Source: Oscillospiraceae bacterium
GTDB lineage: Bacteria; Bacillota; Clostridia; Oscillospirales; Ruminococcaceae
DNA: 64,000 nucleotides
Reading direction: 5' to 3'
Assembly (NCBI GenBank): GCA_031282245.1
Contig: JAITEB010000035.1
Location: 18,553-82,552 of the forward strand
Position numbers and translations under genes: made by a program. Shown piece after piece: positions 54,784-64,000 of this stretch. The first letter of the stretch is position 1. Each line of letters opens with the position of its first letter. The notes under the pieces were generated by a model. The model saw only the letters and a list, made by a program, of their open reading frames with translations, searched no databases and was not told where the DNA came from.

Positions 54784-55594
54784 CCCCCGCCTGCCGATTC
54801 TGGCGGAGCGCGATTTGGGCAAAACCCCTGTGATAGAATGCAAAAAGCTGGGGATAGACTTTGGCGGTCTTACCGCTGTGGACGATTTTAATATCACCGT
54901 CGGACAGACGGAAATCGCCGGGCTTATCGGGCCGAACGGCGCGGGCAAAACCACTATTTTCAACCTTCTGACAAAAGTTTATCTGCCGACAAGAGGCTCC
55001 ATGTACCTGAACGGCAGCGACACCAGAGACATGAACACCATCGCGGCCAACCGCGCGGGCATCGCCCGCACTTTCCAGAATATCCGGCTTTTTAAAGAAC
55101 TGACTGTGCTTGAAAACGTCCTTGTGGGCCTGCATAACAAAATGAGCTACAAACTGCCGGAAGCTGTGCTGCGGCTTCCCTCGTACTGGCGTGAAGAGAG
55201 AAAAACGCGCGAAAAAGCGCTTGATTTGCTTTCTATTTTTGATATGCAGGATTTGCACGGCGCAAAAGCCGGCAGCCTTCCCTACGGCTCGCAGAGACGG
55301 CTGGAAATAGTCCGCGCGCTGGCCACGGACCCGATTATTTTACTGCTGGACGAACCCGCGGCGGGAATGAACCCTTCTGAGACGGGCGAACTCATGAAGA
55401 ATATTATAAAAATCCGCGATACTTTTCATATCGCCGTTCTGCTGATTGAGCACGATATGCATCTTGTCATGAACGTCTGCGAGGTCGTCGGCGTGCTGAA
55501 CTACGGGCGGCTTATCGCCAAGGGCAGCCCCAAAGAAATTCAGGACGACCCTCTGGTTATAGAAGCTTATCTTGGAAAAAAGGGGGAAACGTAA
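54767..55594 (+). CDS. livG: Branched-chain amino acid ABC transporter ATP-binding protein (LivG-like)
   Basis: GPNGAGKTT Walker A, LPYGSQRRLEI signature, LLLDEPAAGM Walker B. It overlaps the livM end by 17 nt. Confidence 0.88.
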   Translation: MAQRHDPRLPILAERDLGKTPVIECKKLGIDFGGLTAVDDFNITVGQTEIAGLIGPNGAGKTTIFNLLTKVYLPTRGSMYLNGSDTRDMNTIAANRAGIARTFQNIRLFKELTVLENVLVGLHNKMSYKLPEAVLRLPSYWREERKTREKALDLLSIFDMQDLHGAKAGSLPYGSQRRLEIVRALATDPIILLLDEPAAGMNPSETGELMKNIIKIRDTFHIAVLLIEHDMHLVMNVCEVVGVLNYGRLIAKGSPKEIQDDPLVIEAYLGKKGET

Positions 55595-55598
55595 AGCC

Positions 55599-56300
55599 AT
55601 GCTGAAAGTTGAGAATATCAACGTTTTTTACGGCAACATCCACGCCGTCAAAGACCTGAGCTTTGAAGTCTCCGAAGGCGAGATCGTCTCCCTGATAGGC
55701 GCAAACGGGGCGGGAAAAAGCACTATTTTGAAAACCGTTTCGGGCGTTTTGAGAAGCAAAACCGGTTCCGTGTCTTTTTTGGGACAGGATATAAGCAGCC
55801 TTGCGCCGCATCTGATAGTCCGGCGCGGGCTTGCCCATGTTCCGGAAGGCAGGCGGGTTTTTCTGCAAATGAGCGTACAGGAAAATCTGGAGATGGGCAG
55901 CTATACCCAGAAAAAGAGCGCGGTTTCAGCAGGACTGGAAGACGTTTACAGCCGTTTTCCCCGCCTGCTGGAGCGCAGAAAGCAGATTGCCGGGACGCTT
56001 TCCGGCGGCGAACAGCAGATGCTCGCCATGGGGCGGGCGCTGATGTCCCGGCCGAAGCTTATGGTGCTCGACGAACCTTCAATGGGGCTTGCGCCGCTTT
56101 TGGTGGCGCAGATTTTCGAGATTATCAAAGAGCTTAACCGGGCGGGGACGACGATCCTCCTGGTGGAACAAAACGCGCAGATGGCGCTTTCAGTCGCCGG
56201 CAGGGGCTATGTTCTGGAGACGGGCGCGATTATCAAGGCGGACGCCGCCAGTGATCTTCTTGACGACGAAGCCGTTAAAAAGGCTTATTTGGGCGGATAG
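55599..56300 (+). CDS. livF: Branched-chain amino acid ABC transporter ATP-binding protein (LivF-like)
   Basis: GANGAGKST Walker A, LSGGEQQMLAMGRAL signature, MVLDEPSMGL Walker B. Confidence 0.88.
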   Translation: MLKVENINVFYGNIHAVKDLSFEVSEGEIVSLIGANGAGKSTILKTVSGVLRSKTGSVSFLGQDISSLAPHLIVRRGLAHVPEGRRVFLQMSVQENLEMGSYTQKKSAVSAGLEDVYSRFPRLLERRKQIAGTLSGGEQQMLAMGRALMSRPKLMVLDEPSMGLAPLLVAQIFEIIKELNRAGTTILLVEQNAQMALSVAGRGYVLETGAIIKADAASDLLDDEAVKKAYLGG

Positions 56301-56312
56301 AGATAAAATAGC

Positions 56313-56359
56313 AAAAAACATGGGGAAGGTTTTTAAAAAAGCCTTCCCCATGTTTTTTT
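56313..56359. terminator. Bidirectional intrinsic terminator (livF / secreted protease gene)
   Basis: AAAAAACATGGGGAAGG, loop, then CCTTCCCCATGTTTTTTT. Confidence 0.8.
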
Positions 56360-56377
56360 GCGGCCAGACAAGCGGCT

Positions 56378-58675
56378 TTAGCCGCTGACGGTTATTTCGC
56401 ATTCCGCCATAAACCCGCCTCTGCTTTGAACAAAGACAAGCGCCTTTCCGGGTTTTATGGCGGTCACAACGCCCCTGTCATCCACAACAGCGACGTGCGG
56501 AGCATCGGAGCACCACAGGAGTAATATGTTTTCCGCGTTTTCCAGCAGAATTGAGGCGTGAAGCGCAATCGAATTGCCAACGGTCAGCGTGGCGGAAGTT
56601 TTGTCAAGCTGGATAGTACCGTTTCCATCTGGCGGCGGCGCTGGCTTTTCTGTAACAGTGACCAGACAAGCGGCGCTTTTACCGTTTGCGGTTCTGACGG
56701 TTATAGCGCTGGTTCCAGGGCTTTTCGCCAGGATTACGGCGCTTGCTCCGGAAACGCTTTCTATTTCCACAGCGCCGGTGTTGTCGGACTCCCACACAAG
56801 CGCGCCGGAAAGCTCTGCTGCGTCCGGCGGGGAAAGCGTCGCATTCAGAACCGCGACAGCGCCTGTCTCCAGCAGAAGGCTTTCCTGGTCAAGCTCAATT
56901 GAGTCCGGAGGGACTGGTTCCGGCTGCGCGGGGATCTCGCTGGAAACTGTGTAGAAAAAGCTTTCGTTGACGGCCGTTTCGCAGGCGACGGCAAGGATGG
57001 CAAACATGTTGCCTTTGCCGACAAGCAGACTGTTGCTGCCAGGATCAAGCGCTATAGCCCGCTTTGGCGCATTGTTCCAGAGGCTGCGGCTATTTATGTC
57101 CGTTGCGCCGTCGGGGGCGATCACATAATATTTTGCCGCAGTATGTTCGGGCACAGTCACTTTTATAGAGCTGTTGTCTGCCCCTATCGAAGGCGCAAGA
57201 TATACCTGGTTGTAATAAGTTCGGGAAACAGTGTTAAACTGCGCGGGGGAATCCGGGGCAACCGAAGCGGTATAAATTCCGTTCTGGCTGCGGTAATCCC
57301 AGCTGTTTTCCACTACGCCGTTTCTGTATACGTCGGCCGAATCCCCGCCGTCGGGGCTGTCGACCTGCATGTCAAGAGAGACTTTTATAAAAAAGTCGTT
57401 AAATTTGCCGGAAGTCCCATAAAAGCCGTTTGAAATATTTTCTTTTGAATAATTGTAGCCGACATAGCGCCCGGTAACAAGCGCTTTGACAGCTTCCGCG
57501 CCCGCTGCGGCGTAAAACTCCTGCATTATGATAGAACTGGAGCCATAGTTGGCGATAATCTGATGGGAATTCCCGGCGGCTTGCCATTGGGGGGAAGTTG
57601 GGATATGCCCAAGATAATTCGGGAAAGTGTTGGAAAAATAATAATTAAGCTGGTTTGCGTCCATCGCGAAGCCTTTTTCGCGCAGGTAAAGCGTTTCGGC
57701 AAGGCCGGAAAGCCCCTCGTTGTACCAGGTGGATACGCTGGTCGCATAGTTTTTCACCCAGTCCGGGTCTTTGTCGCTTCTCTCATAATAAAGCAGGCTG
57801 CGGTCATAATAGTCTTTCCAGTAAGAGAAATTAACCAGATGCTGGAATTCGTGGGTAATCGTCGCAAAAAAAGAAACGTAAGAAGCCGAGCTTTTTTCGG
57901 AATTGAGCCGGGCAAGCCCCTGATGCGTCCCGATGTCCACATAGAGCATAGCGTCGTCGTTGCCGTATCCGGGGTAGTAGTCGCCTGCGTAAAAATATCC
58001 GGCAGTGTAGGCGCCAAGGGTGTTTCCGTCCGAATTTATATCCAGCAGGACAAGATTGATTTTCCCGCTCGCTCCCGACTGATAGAGGGGTTCGCCAAAA
58101 TACTCCCGAATCAGGGGATAAACAGAGCGGTCAAATTCGTCCGCTATTGCAATTGCCTTCTGCGACGGTGTGCCGCCTTCCGGAAGAAGCCCGCTTCCCG
58201 TCGCGCGAACGTCCGTGTAGACGTTGCAATACTCCCCGGCAATTGAGAGCGCGGCGTTTATGGCGCCGTCGTAATACGTTTTGATCGAAACAGTGTCTCC
58301 TATATAGGCCTGGCTGACAGACTGCTGCGGCGCGCTGATTGCCGGCGCGTCCGACAAGGGGTATCCGCCCGCAATTGAATTTGAAACCGTGGGCAGGGAT
58401 TGCGAGAGCTTTCCGCCCTTTATGTTGATTTTCTTCCCATCGCTGTTACCGTTGGTTTTTTCGGGGACAGCAATTTCAAGAGGCAGATCGTTCACCGGTT
58501 GCGACTTCCAGTCGCTGGAATCGAACTGCTCCAGCGATTCGTCATATTCGAGATAAGACTGCTCTTCGTCTGGAAATTCCTGTGGCTGGGAATAAACCGG
58601 GAGCGCCGGGAATCCGCCGAGATAAATTATAACAACAGACAATAAAACAAGAGCTTTGCTTAACAGTTTGCGCAT
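56378..58675 (-). CDS. Secreted putative zinc metalloprotease (HEFQH motif) with C-terminal Ig-like (Big_2-type) repeats
   Basis: 765 aa with a signal peptide (MRKLLSKALVLLSVVIIYLGG). ATITHEFQHLVNF contains HExxH. There are two C-terminal ~80-aa repeats of the type LxATxxPxxA...WxSSDxxVAxVD. Confidence 0.6.
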   Translation of the reverse strand: MRKLLSKALVLLSVVIIYLGGFPALPVYSQPQEFPDEEQSYLEYDESLEQFDSSDWKSQPVNDLPLEIAVPEKTNGNSDGKKINIKGGKLSQSLPTVSNSIAGGYPLSDAPAISAPQQSVSQAYIGDTVSIKTYYDGAINAALSIAGEYCNVYTDVRATGSGLLPEGGTPSQKAIAIADEFDRSVYPLIREYFGEPLYQSGASGKINLVLLDINSDGNTLGAYTAGYFYAGDYYPGYGNDDAMLYVDIGTHQGLARLNSEKSSASYVSFFATITHEFQHLVNFSYWKDYYDRSLLYYERSDKDPDWVKNYATSVSTWYNEGLSGLAETLYLREKGFAMDANQLNYYFSNTFPNYLGHIPTSPQWQAAGNSHQIIANYGSSSIIMQEFYAAAGAEAVKALVTGRYVGYNYSKENISNGFYGTSGKFNDFFIKVSLDMQVDSPDGGDSADVYRNGVVENSWDYRSQNGIYTASVAPDSPAQFNTVSRTYYNQVYLAPSIGADNSSIKVTVPEHTAAKYYVIAPDGATDINSRSLWNNAPKRAIALDPGSNSLLVGKGNMFAILAVACETAVNESFFYTVSSEIPAQPEPVPPDSIELDQESLLLETGAVAVLNATLSPPDAAELSGALVWESDNTGAVEIESVSGASAVILAKSPGTSAITVRTANGKSAACLVTVTEKPAPPPDGNGTIQLDKTSATLTVGNSIALHASILLENAENILLLWCSDAPHVAVVDDRGVVTAIKPGKALVFVQSRGGFMAECEITVSG

Positions 58676-58910
58676 ATATATCCCCTTTCGTCCGATAAAG
58701 CAAATAAAAAATTAAGCATTTGCTAATCATATAAAAATATAATACTACAGAACCTTATAGAAATCAAGAACGAATTTTAGTTTTTGCTTTAATTTATCAG
58801 AGACTTATAACTTGTTAATTATAGCCGCTAAATAAATTGAATTTTTGTTTATAATATGTTATGATTAATTATAAGCATTATAAAATTTTAATTTATCCGG
58901 AGGGATTATC

Positions 58911-60311
58911 ATGTCAGAAGAAAAAACACTCGCCCAGAAACTTGAGGAAAAGCTGTTATACAAGCCAAAAAACCTGGGCCAAACGCGCTCCGAAGAAGAG
59001 ATAAAGGCGGCTTTTGATTTCTGCGAAAATTATAAAGCTTTTTTGGACGCCTCCAAAACCGAGCGCGAAACTGTAACATACGCGATAAACCGCCTTAAGG
59101 CCGAAGGCTTTGCTGAATTTGAAGCGGGCAAAAAATACAGCGCCGGGGACAAGATCTATTACAACAACAGAGGCAAAGCCCTTATCGCCGCGGTTATCGG
59201 CAAAAAAAGCCTTGAAGAGGGAACCCGCCTCACCGCCGCGCATACCGACTGCCCGCGCCTTGATTTAAAGCCGCGCCCGCTCTATGAGGACACAGAGCTT
59301 GCGCTGTTCAAAACGCACTATTACGGCGGGATTAAAAAATACCAGTGGACGGCCACCCCCCTTGCCCTGCACGGCGTTATATGCAGGCAGGACGGCACAA
59401 GCGCCATTGTGAATATCGGCGAGGATGCCGGCGACCCGGTTTTCTGCGTTACTGACCTGCTTCCGCATCTTGCGAAAGAACAGGCGGCTCTTCCCATCGG
59501 CAAGGCCATCAAGGGCGAGAATCTGAACCTGCTTGTGGGCAGCCTGCCCTTTAAAGACGACAAGGCCAGCAATCTTGTCAAGCTCAATATTCTAAAGCTT
59601 CTCAACGAAAAATACGGCGTTGTGGAAGCCGATTTTGTCCGCGCCGAACTGGAGCTTGTTCCGGCCGTCAAAGCCGCCGACGTGGGTTTTGACAGAAGCC
59701 TTATCGGGGCTTACGGCCACGACGACCGCTCCTGCGCCTATACTTCTTTTATGGCGTTTATAGAGTGCAAAGAACCGGAATACACAGCGGCGCTTATACT
59801 TGCGGACAAAGAAGAAACCGGAAGCAACAGCAGCACCGGTCTTGATACTTCTTTCTTCAGGTATTTCTATGAGGATCTGGCTCTTTCCGCCGGCGTAAAC
59901 CCGCGCGCGGTTTTTTCAAAAAGCAAGTGCCTTTCGGCCGACGTAACGGCCGGGCTTGACCCGACTTATCCGGAAGTCCACGACAAACACAACGCGGCTC
60001 TTTTAAACTACGGCGTCTGCCTGGCGAAATATACCGGAAGCGGCGGGAAATATTCGACAAACGACGCGAGCGCGGAGTTTGTCGCAGAAATCACAAACCT
60101 GCTTGACGGCGAGGGCGTGCAGTGGCAGATGGACGAGCTGGGGGTAATCGACCTTGGCGGCGGCGGAACCGTTGCGATTTATCTTGCGGCGCTTGACATA
60201 GACACTCTTGACATAGGCATTCCCGTTTTGTCCATGCACTCGCCTTTCGAGCTTGTCTCAAAGCTTGACACCTACGAGACTTACAGGGCTTTCAAGGCTT
60301 TTTACAAATAA
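58911..60311 (+). CDS. M18 family aminopeptidase
   Basis: 466 aa with AAHTDCPRLDLKPRP, GAYGHDDRSC, DKEETGS and SMHSPFE motifs typical of M18 aspartyl or aminopeptidase I-like enzymes. Confidence 0.85.
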   Translation: MSEEKTLAQKLEEKLLYKPKNLGQTRSEEEIKAAFDFCENYKAFLDASKTERETVTYAINRLKAEGFAEFEAGKKYSAGDKIYYNNRGKALIAAVIGKKSLEEGTRLTAAHTDCPRLDLKPRPLYEDTELALFKTHYYGGIKKYQWTATPLALHGVICRQDGTSAIVNIGEDAGDPVFCVTDLLPHLAKEQAALPIGKAIKGENLNLLVGSLPFKDDKASNLVKLNILKLLNEKYGVVEADFVRAELELVPAVKAADVGFDRSLIGAYGHDDRSCAYTSFMAFIECKEPEYTAALILADKEETGSNSSTGLDTSFFRYFYEDLALSAGVNPRAVFSKSKCLSADVTAGLDPTYPEVHDKHNAALLNYGVCLAKYTGSGGKYSTNDASAEFVAEITNLLDGEGVQWQMDELGVIDLGGGGTVAIYLAALDIDTLDIGIPVLSMHSPFELVSKLDTYETYRAFKAFYK

Positions 60312-60398
60312 TTATTAATTTATATTGCGGGGGCGAATGATCATTCGCTCCTGCGCTTGTAATTTTCTAATTTTAATTCTAATAAGGATGAGTTTCTC

Positions 60399-61457
60399 TT
60401 GACGTATCCGAACGAGCGTTCTGTCTTGAAACACCTCAAAGAAGATCCCCTTGCAAAGGCATATTTTATCTATGGCGAAGAAAGCCGCTTAAACGCCGTT
60501 TATTTTGAAAAAACAGCGGAGAAAAGCGGCGCGGCCTGCGGAGACAGCTTTAATTTTCAGAAATTTGACTTTGCGGCGATAAACGTTGATAAATTGGCGG
60601 ACGCGTGTATGTCCCTGCCGGTTTTCGCCCCGCGGAAATGCGTCGCCGTGCGGGACGCCGACATAGAAGCCCTGCCCAAACCCGAGCTTGACAAACTTTA
60701 CGAGCTTCTGGAAAATCTGCCGGAAGAGACCTGCCTGATTATTGCGCAGATAAACCTGAAGATCGACGCCGCCAAAAGCGCGAAATATAAAAAATTTCTC
60801 AAAGCGTTTGACAAAATTGGCGCGGTTTTCAATCTTCCAGAGCGAAGCCCCGCCGAACTTGTGAAATTCGCCCAGTCATACGCAAGAAAGAACGGTTCGG
60901 AAATAAGCCCCGCCGCCGCTTCAAAGCTCCGCGAGCGCTGCCTTTCGGATATGAACCGAATGATCCCGGAGCTGGACAAGCTTTGCGCCTTCCGGGGCGG
61001 CGAAGGTCCGAACCTGATAAGCGAGGCCGACATAGAGCTTCTTGTCGCGCGGCAATTGGATACTTCTGTTTTTGAGCTTTCCAGACAAATCAAAAAGGGC
61101 GATTACTCCCGCGCAATGGCCATTCTGGGCGAGCTTAAACAAAACGGCGAGGAGGCCGTTTCGGTTCTGGCGGCGCTTTCTTCGGTTTATATAGATTTGT
61201 TCCGGGCAATGGCCGCGACGGAATCCGGCAAAACCCCCGACGATGTTAAAAAAGATTTCCCCTATAGAGGCAAAGAATTTCTTGTCAGGGCCGCCTTTGC
61301 GGACGCAAGAGCGTTTTCTCAGGGCTTTGTCGGGAAAGCGCTTGAGATACTTTCGCAGGCCGACTTTGAAATAAAAAGCTCCGGAAGCCTTGATCCGTTT
61401 ATTATATTAGAGAAAGCGGCGACAAAACTTTTTATCCTGAAAGCGGAAGGCGGCTGA
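60399..61457 (+). CDS. holA: DNA polymerase III delta subunit
   Basis: 352 aa. It starts YFIYGEESRL, with HolA-like length and helical C-terminal domains. TTG start. Confidence 0.75.
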   Translation: MTYPNERSVLKHLKEDPLAKAYFIYGEESRLNAVYFEKTAEKSGAACGDSFNFQKFDFAAINVDKLADACMSLPVFAPRKCVAVRDADIEALPKPELDKLYELLENLPEETCLIIAQINLKIDAAKSAKYKKFLKAFDKIGAVFNLPERSPAELVKFAQSYARKNGSEISPAAASKLRERCLSDMNRMIPELDKLCAFRGGEGPNLISEADIELLVARQLDTSVFELSRQIKKGDYSRAMAILGELKQNGEEAVSVLAALSSVYIDLFRAMAATESGKTPDDVKKDFPYRGKEFLVRAAFADARAFSQGFVGKALEILSQADFEIKSSGSLDPFIILEKAATKLFILKAEGG

Positions 61458-61460
61458 CAA

Positions 61461-62042
61461 ATGCTCAAACTGGAACATGCCATAATAGTCGAGGGCAAAT
61501 ATGACAAAATAAGGCTGTCCAGTTTGCTGGACGCTCTTATTATTACGACAGACGGGTTTCATATTTTCAGAGACAAAGAAAATTTGGAATTAATAAGAAC
61601 GCTTGCGCAAAAAAACGGCCTGATTGTTTTGACGGATTCCGATATGGCGGGCTTTAAAATCCGCGCTTACCTGAACTCCGCAATCCCCGGCGGGAAAATC
61701 ATCAACGTATATATACCCGATGTTTTCGGCAGGGAGCGCAGGAAAGAAAAAACTTCCGCCGAGGGCAAACTGGGCGTCGAAGGCATGGACGACAGAACGC
61801 TTCTGCAATGCTTCGAGAGAGCGGGAGTCTTTGCGCGGGTCGTCCCGGAAAGGCAGAGAAAAATCACCAAAGGGGATTTTTTTGAAGACGGTCTGACCGG
61901 CAAGCCGGACAGCTCCGCCAGGCGCGACAGACTGAAAGAAAAGCTTTCCCTGCCCCGGCGGCTTTCGGTCAACAACTTTTTGAAAGTCATGAACGCGCTT
62001 ATGTCTAAAGACGAATATCTGGAAATCGTTAAAAATTTGTAG
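61461..62042 (+). CDS. Toprim domain protein (RNase M5-like / DUF4093-type)
   Basis: IIVEGKYDKIRL (Toprim Glu) and VLTDSDMAGFKIR (DxD) have the same layout as B. subtilis RnmV. Confidence 0.7.
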   Translation: MLKLEHAIIVEGKYDKIRLSSLLDALIITTDGFHIFRDKENLELIRTLAQKNGLIVLTDSDMAGFKIRAYLNSAIPGGKIINVYIPDVFGRERRKEKTSAEGKLGVEGMDDRTLLQCFERAGVFARVVPERQRKITKGDFFEDGLTGKPDSSARRDRLKEKLSLPRRLSVNNFLKVMNALMSKDEYLEIVKNL

Positions 62043-62086
62043 AGCGCGGCGTACCTGCGCAGCAATTCCCGCCAGAGAAAGGGGCG

Positions 62087-63460
62087 ATGAAGCCGTTGAC
62101 GTTTTTATTTTTCCCGGATTTATTTTTTACTTATCTTTTATTGATTATACCGCTTGTAGTTATTATATATTATATTGCGCCGGACAGATTAAAAAACGCG
62201 CTTCTTTTCGGGACAAGCATGGCGATGTGCGGCTTTGGAGGCCCGCTTGCCATAATTCTGATGTCGCTGCCGATTTGCTTTGACTATATCGCCGCCCGGC
62301 TGATGGAGCATATAGAAAAGCGCGGGCAAAGGCTGCGGCTTCTTGGCGCTTCGTTCGCGCTGAATGCCGGACTGATTTTCGTGTGCAAATTTTTGACGGA
62401 CGATTTCAGGCTTGCCGGGCTGTGTTTTTATACTCTGCAGAGCTTTGCCTATTTGCGGGGCGTATATTTAAAAAAATACCCCGCTCAGAAAGATTTTATA
62501 AATTACGGAATGTATATAAGCTTTTTTTTCCTGAAACCTGCGGGACCGATTCTTAACTATGAAAACGCCCTTCCCCAGTTTACCGGAAGAAAAATAGATT
62601 CCGCGAAAATTTTGTATGGCCTCCGCAAGCTGGCAAGCGGTTTATGCAAGAAAATTCTTCTGGCGGACAATGCCTATGCGCTTCAAAGCGAACTTCTCCA
62701 GCAGGGTATTGGCGGAACGTCCGCGCTGGGGATGTGGCTCAGCGTTTTTGCCCTGGCTTTTTGGCTGTTCTTTTCCCTCAGCGGCTATGCGGATATGGCT
62801 ACAGGTCTTGGGGCGCTTTTCGGTTTCGAGATAGAGGAAAATTTTAATAAGCCGTTTACGGCGCAGAGCGTGGAAGATTTCGCTTTGCGCTGGAACATCA
62901 GCTTTACAAAATTTATAAAAGAAAATATTTACGCGCCGCTTGCGGCAAAATTTAAAAACAGCAGGCTGGAAATATTTATTATTCCTGCGCTGACGGCGCT
63001 GTGCGGGCTGTGGTACAATTGGGGGCTTAAATTTGCGCTGACAGGTTTTCTTGCGGGGCTTGCGCTTTTGGGCGAAAAGCGGATTTGGGGCGGGCTTGTC
63101 AGAAGGCTTCCGGCCGCCTTGCGGCATGTTTACGCGCTTACGCTTATGATATGCGGCTGGATTCTGCTCAGCTGCGAAAATCCGGGGGATATCCCGGTAT
63201 ATATACGCGCGCTTTTCGGCGGCGGTTCCGCCGGCTGGATCAACGACAGGTCGCTGTCGTATCTGTTTTCTTATGCGGGCTTTCTGCTTTTGTATTTTTT
63301 GTTTTCAAGCAATTTTATAGACCGCTTTGTTAAATTGGCAAAAATAAAAAACAGCCGCATTTCCGCGGCGCTGCTCACTGTTGTCTATGCGGCGGCGTTT
63401 GTGCTTTGCTTTGCTTATAAACTGCGGATGCCGGCTTTTGACTTTCCAGCGGGCTGGTAA
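62087..63460 (+). CDS. MBOAT-family (AlgI/DltB-like) membrane protein lacking the conserved histidines
   Basis: 457 aa, polytopic. SGYADMATGLGALFGFEIEENFNKPFTAQSVEDFALRWNISFTKFIKENIYAPL aligns by eye with the AlgI/DltB core. Confidence 0.8.
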   Translation: MKPLTFLFFPDLFFTYLLLIIPLVVIIYYIAPDRLKNALLFGTSMAMCGFGGPLAIILMSLPICFDYIAARLMEHIEKRGQRLRLLGASFALNAGLIFVCKFLTDDFRLAGLCFYTLQSFAYLRGVYLKKYPAQKDFINYGMYISFFFLKPAGPILNYENALPQFTGRKIDSAKILYGLRKLASGLCKKILLADNAYALQSELLQQGIGGTSALGMWLSVFALAFWLFFSLSGYADMATGLGALFGFEIEENFNKPFTAQSVEDFALRWNISFTKFIKENIYAPLAAKFKNSRLEIFIIPALTALCGLWYNWGLKFALTGFLAGLALLGEKRIWGGLVRRLPAALRHVYALTLMICGWILLSCENPGDIPVYIRALFGGGSAGWINDRSLSYLFSYAGFLLLYFLFSSNFIDRFVKLAKIKNSRISAALLTVVYAAAFVLCFAYKLRMPAFDFPAGW

Positions 63461-63492
63461 AAAGAGGGGGGTGTGTCGTCATAAAAAAGGGG

Positions 63493-64000
63493 ATGAAAAT
63501 TTTCAGGTTTTGGGGAGTTCTTGCGCTTGTGGCGCTGATCCCCGTAGCGGCGCTTTTTTCTGTTCTGCGGGGCGGGGGAGTGACGCCCGGGTACGCGCTT
63601 AAAAATTTTGACAGAAGCTTTTCCGAAAGCTTCGCTCTGAAAGGCGCGTTTGGCGGTTTGCTGAATTTCGCGGAAAGGATGTTCGGCAAAAGGGAAATAA
63701 ACGGCGTTATCATCGGCGGAGAGCAGCTTTTCCGGAAGTTTCCGGAGCCTTCGCGCGAAAGCTGTGAATATAACATAAAATTAATAAAAGACTTCGCCGA
63801 GAGGAATTTATGCGCGCCTTTTCTGATGATTGTGCCCAGCGCGATTGAAATTCAAAAAAAGGGGCTTCCTCCCTATGCGGCAAGCTGGAGCCAGAAAGAC
63901 ACAATAAAGGGTATACTTTCGGCGCTTGGCGATTCTGTCGCCCCTATTGACGTATACCAGGCGCTTTTCAACAACAAAAACGCCTATATTTATTACAGAA
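63493..64000 (+). CDS. DHHW-family (AlgX/AlgJ-like) protein, 5' part only (runs off window)
   Basis: Absent from the ORF track. My translation is MKIFRFWGVLALVALIPVAALF...APIDVYQALFNNKNAYIYYR. The window ends exactly where the family's TDHHW motif normally follows. The position after an MBOAT gene is typical. Confidence 0.55.
   Translation, partial: MKIFRFWGVLALVALIPVAALFSVLRGGGVTPGYALKNFDRSFSESFALKGAFGGLLNFAERMFGKREINGVIIGGEQLFRKFPEPSRESCEYNIKLIKDFAERNLCAPFLMIVPSAIEIQKKGLPPYAASWSQKDTIKGILSALGDSVAPIDVYQALFNNKNAYIYYR

Noticed and set aside
60329-60351. Palindrome GGGGGCGAATGATCATTCGCTCC after the M18 aminopeptidase gene, considered as a terminator.
   Set aside because: The stem has essentially no loop (GCGAATGA/TCATTCGC) and no T-run follows. 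That is insufficient for a terminator call.

Overview
This window is a chromosomal, mostly housekeeping segment from an endospore-forming Firmicute that looks Clostridia-like. The sporulation markers are spo0A, spoIVB, ytfJ/gerW with a DUF2953 gene, and scpA-scpB followed by an M50 protease. About 50 CDS are callable. They include asnS, recJ, relA/spoT, uvrB, alaS, leuS, era, holA, comEC, a LacI-type regulator beside xylB-xylA, a five-gene Liv-type branched-chain amino-acid ABC transporter, a ParE/GyrB-like topoisomerase subunit, YfhO, and an MBOAT/DHHW pair. Coding DNA is fairly GC-rich and the intergenic spacers are AT-rich. Several spacers carry perfect or near-perfect sigmaA-type promoters (TTGACA-17-TATAAT). 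One clear RNA regulator is present: a Leu (CUC) T-box leader upstream of rsfS-leuS. I found no rRNA, tRNA, CRISPR/cas, prophage or transposase gene, and no convincing new multi-gene defence or secretion system. The ORF track omits two edge-truncated genes (1-494 minus, 63493-64000 plus), and I shortened many N-termini on RBS evidence. The most unusual signals are these. (1) A family of three long hairpin (MITE/REP-like) elements has 58-bp terminal inverted repeats whose copy-specific differences are mirrored between the two arms. All three sit at gene 3' ends. One lies exactly between scpA and scpB, and one supplies the stop codon of the LacI-family gene. (2) One of these elements is preceded by a five-unit 40-bp tandem array made of the upstream gene's last 13 nt plus the outer TIR end. 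(3) rsfS is placed under the leucine T-box. (4) alaS has a short promoter-proximal terminator and no T-box. (5) Several enzymes have lost canonical motifs: an MBOAT without its conserved histidines, a LarE-like protein with a SGGLCS PP-loop, and a ComEC whose beta-lactamase motifs are degenerate. There is also a free-standing GlmU acetyltransferase half and an orphan class I fumarase beta subunit. All family assignments rest on by-eye motif recognition; no database search was run.
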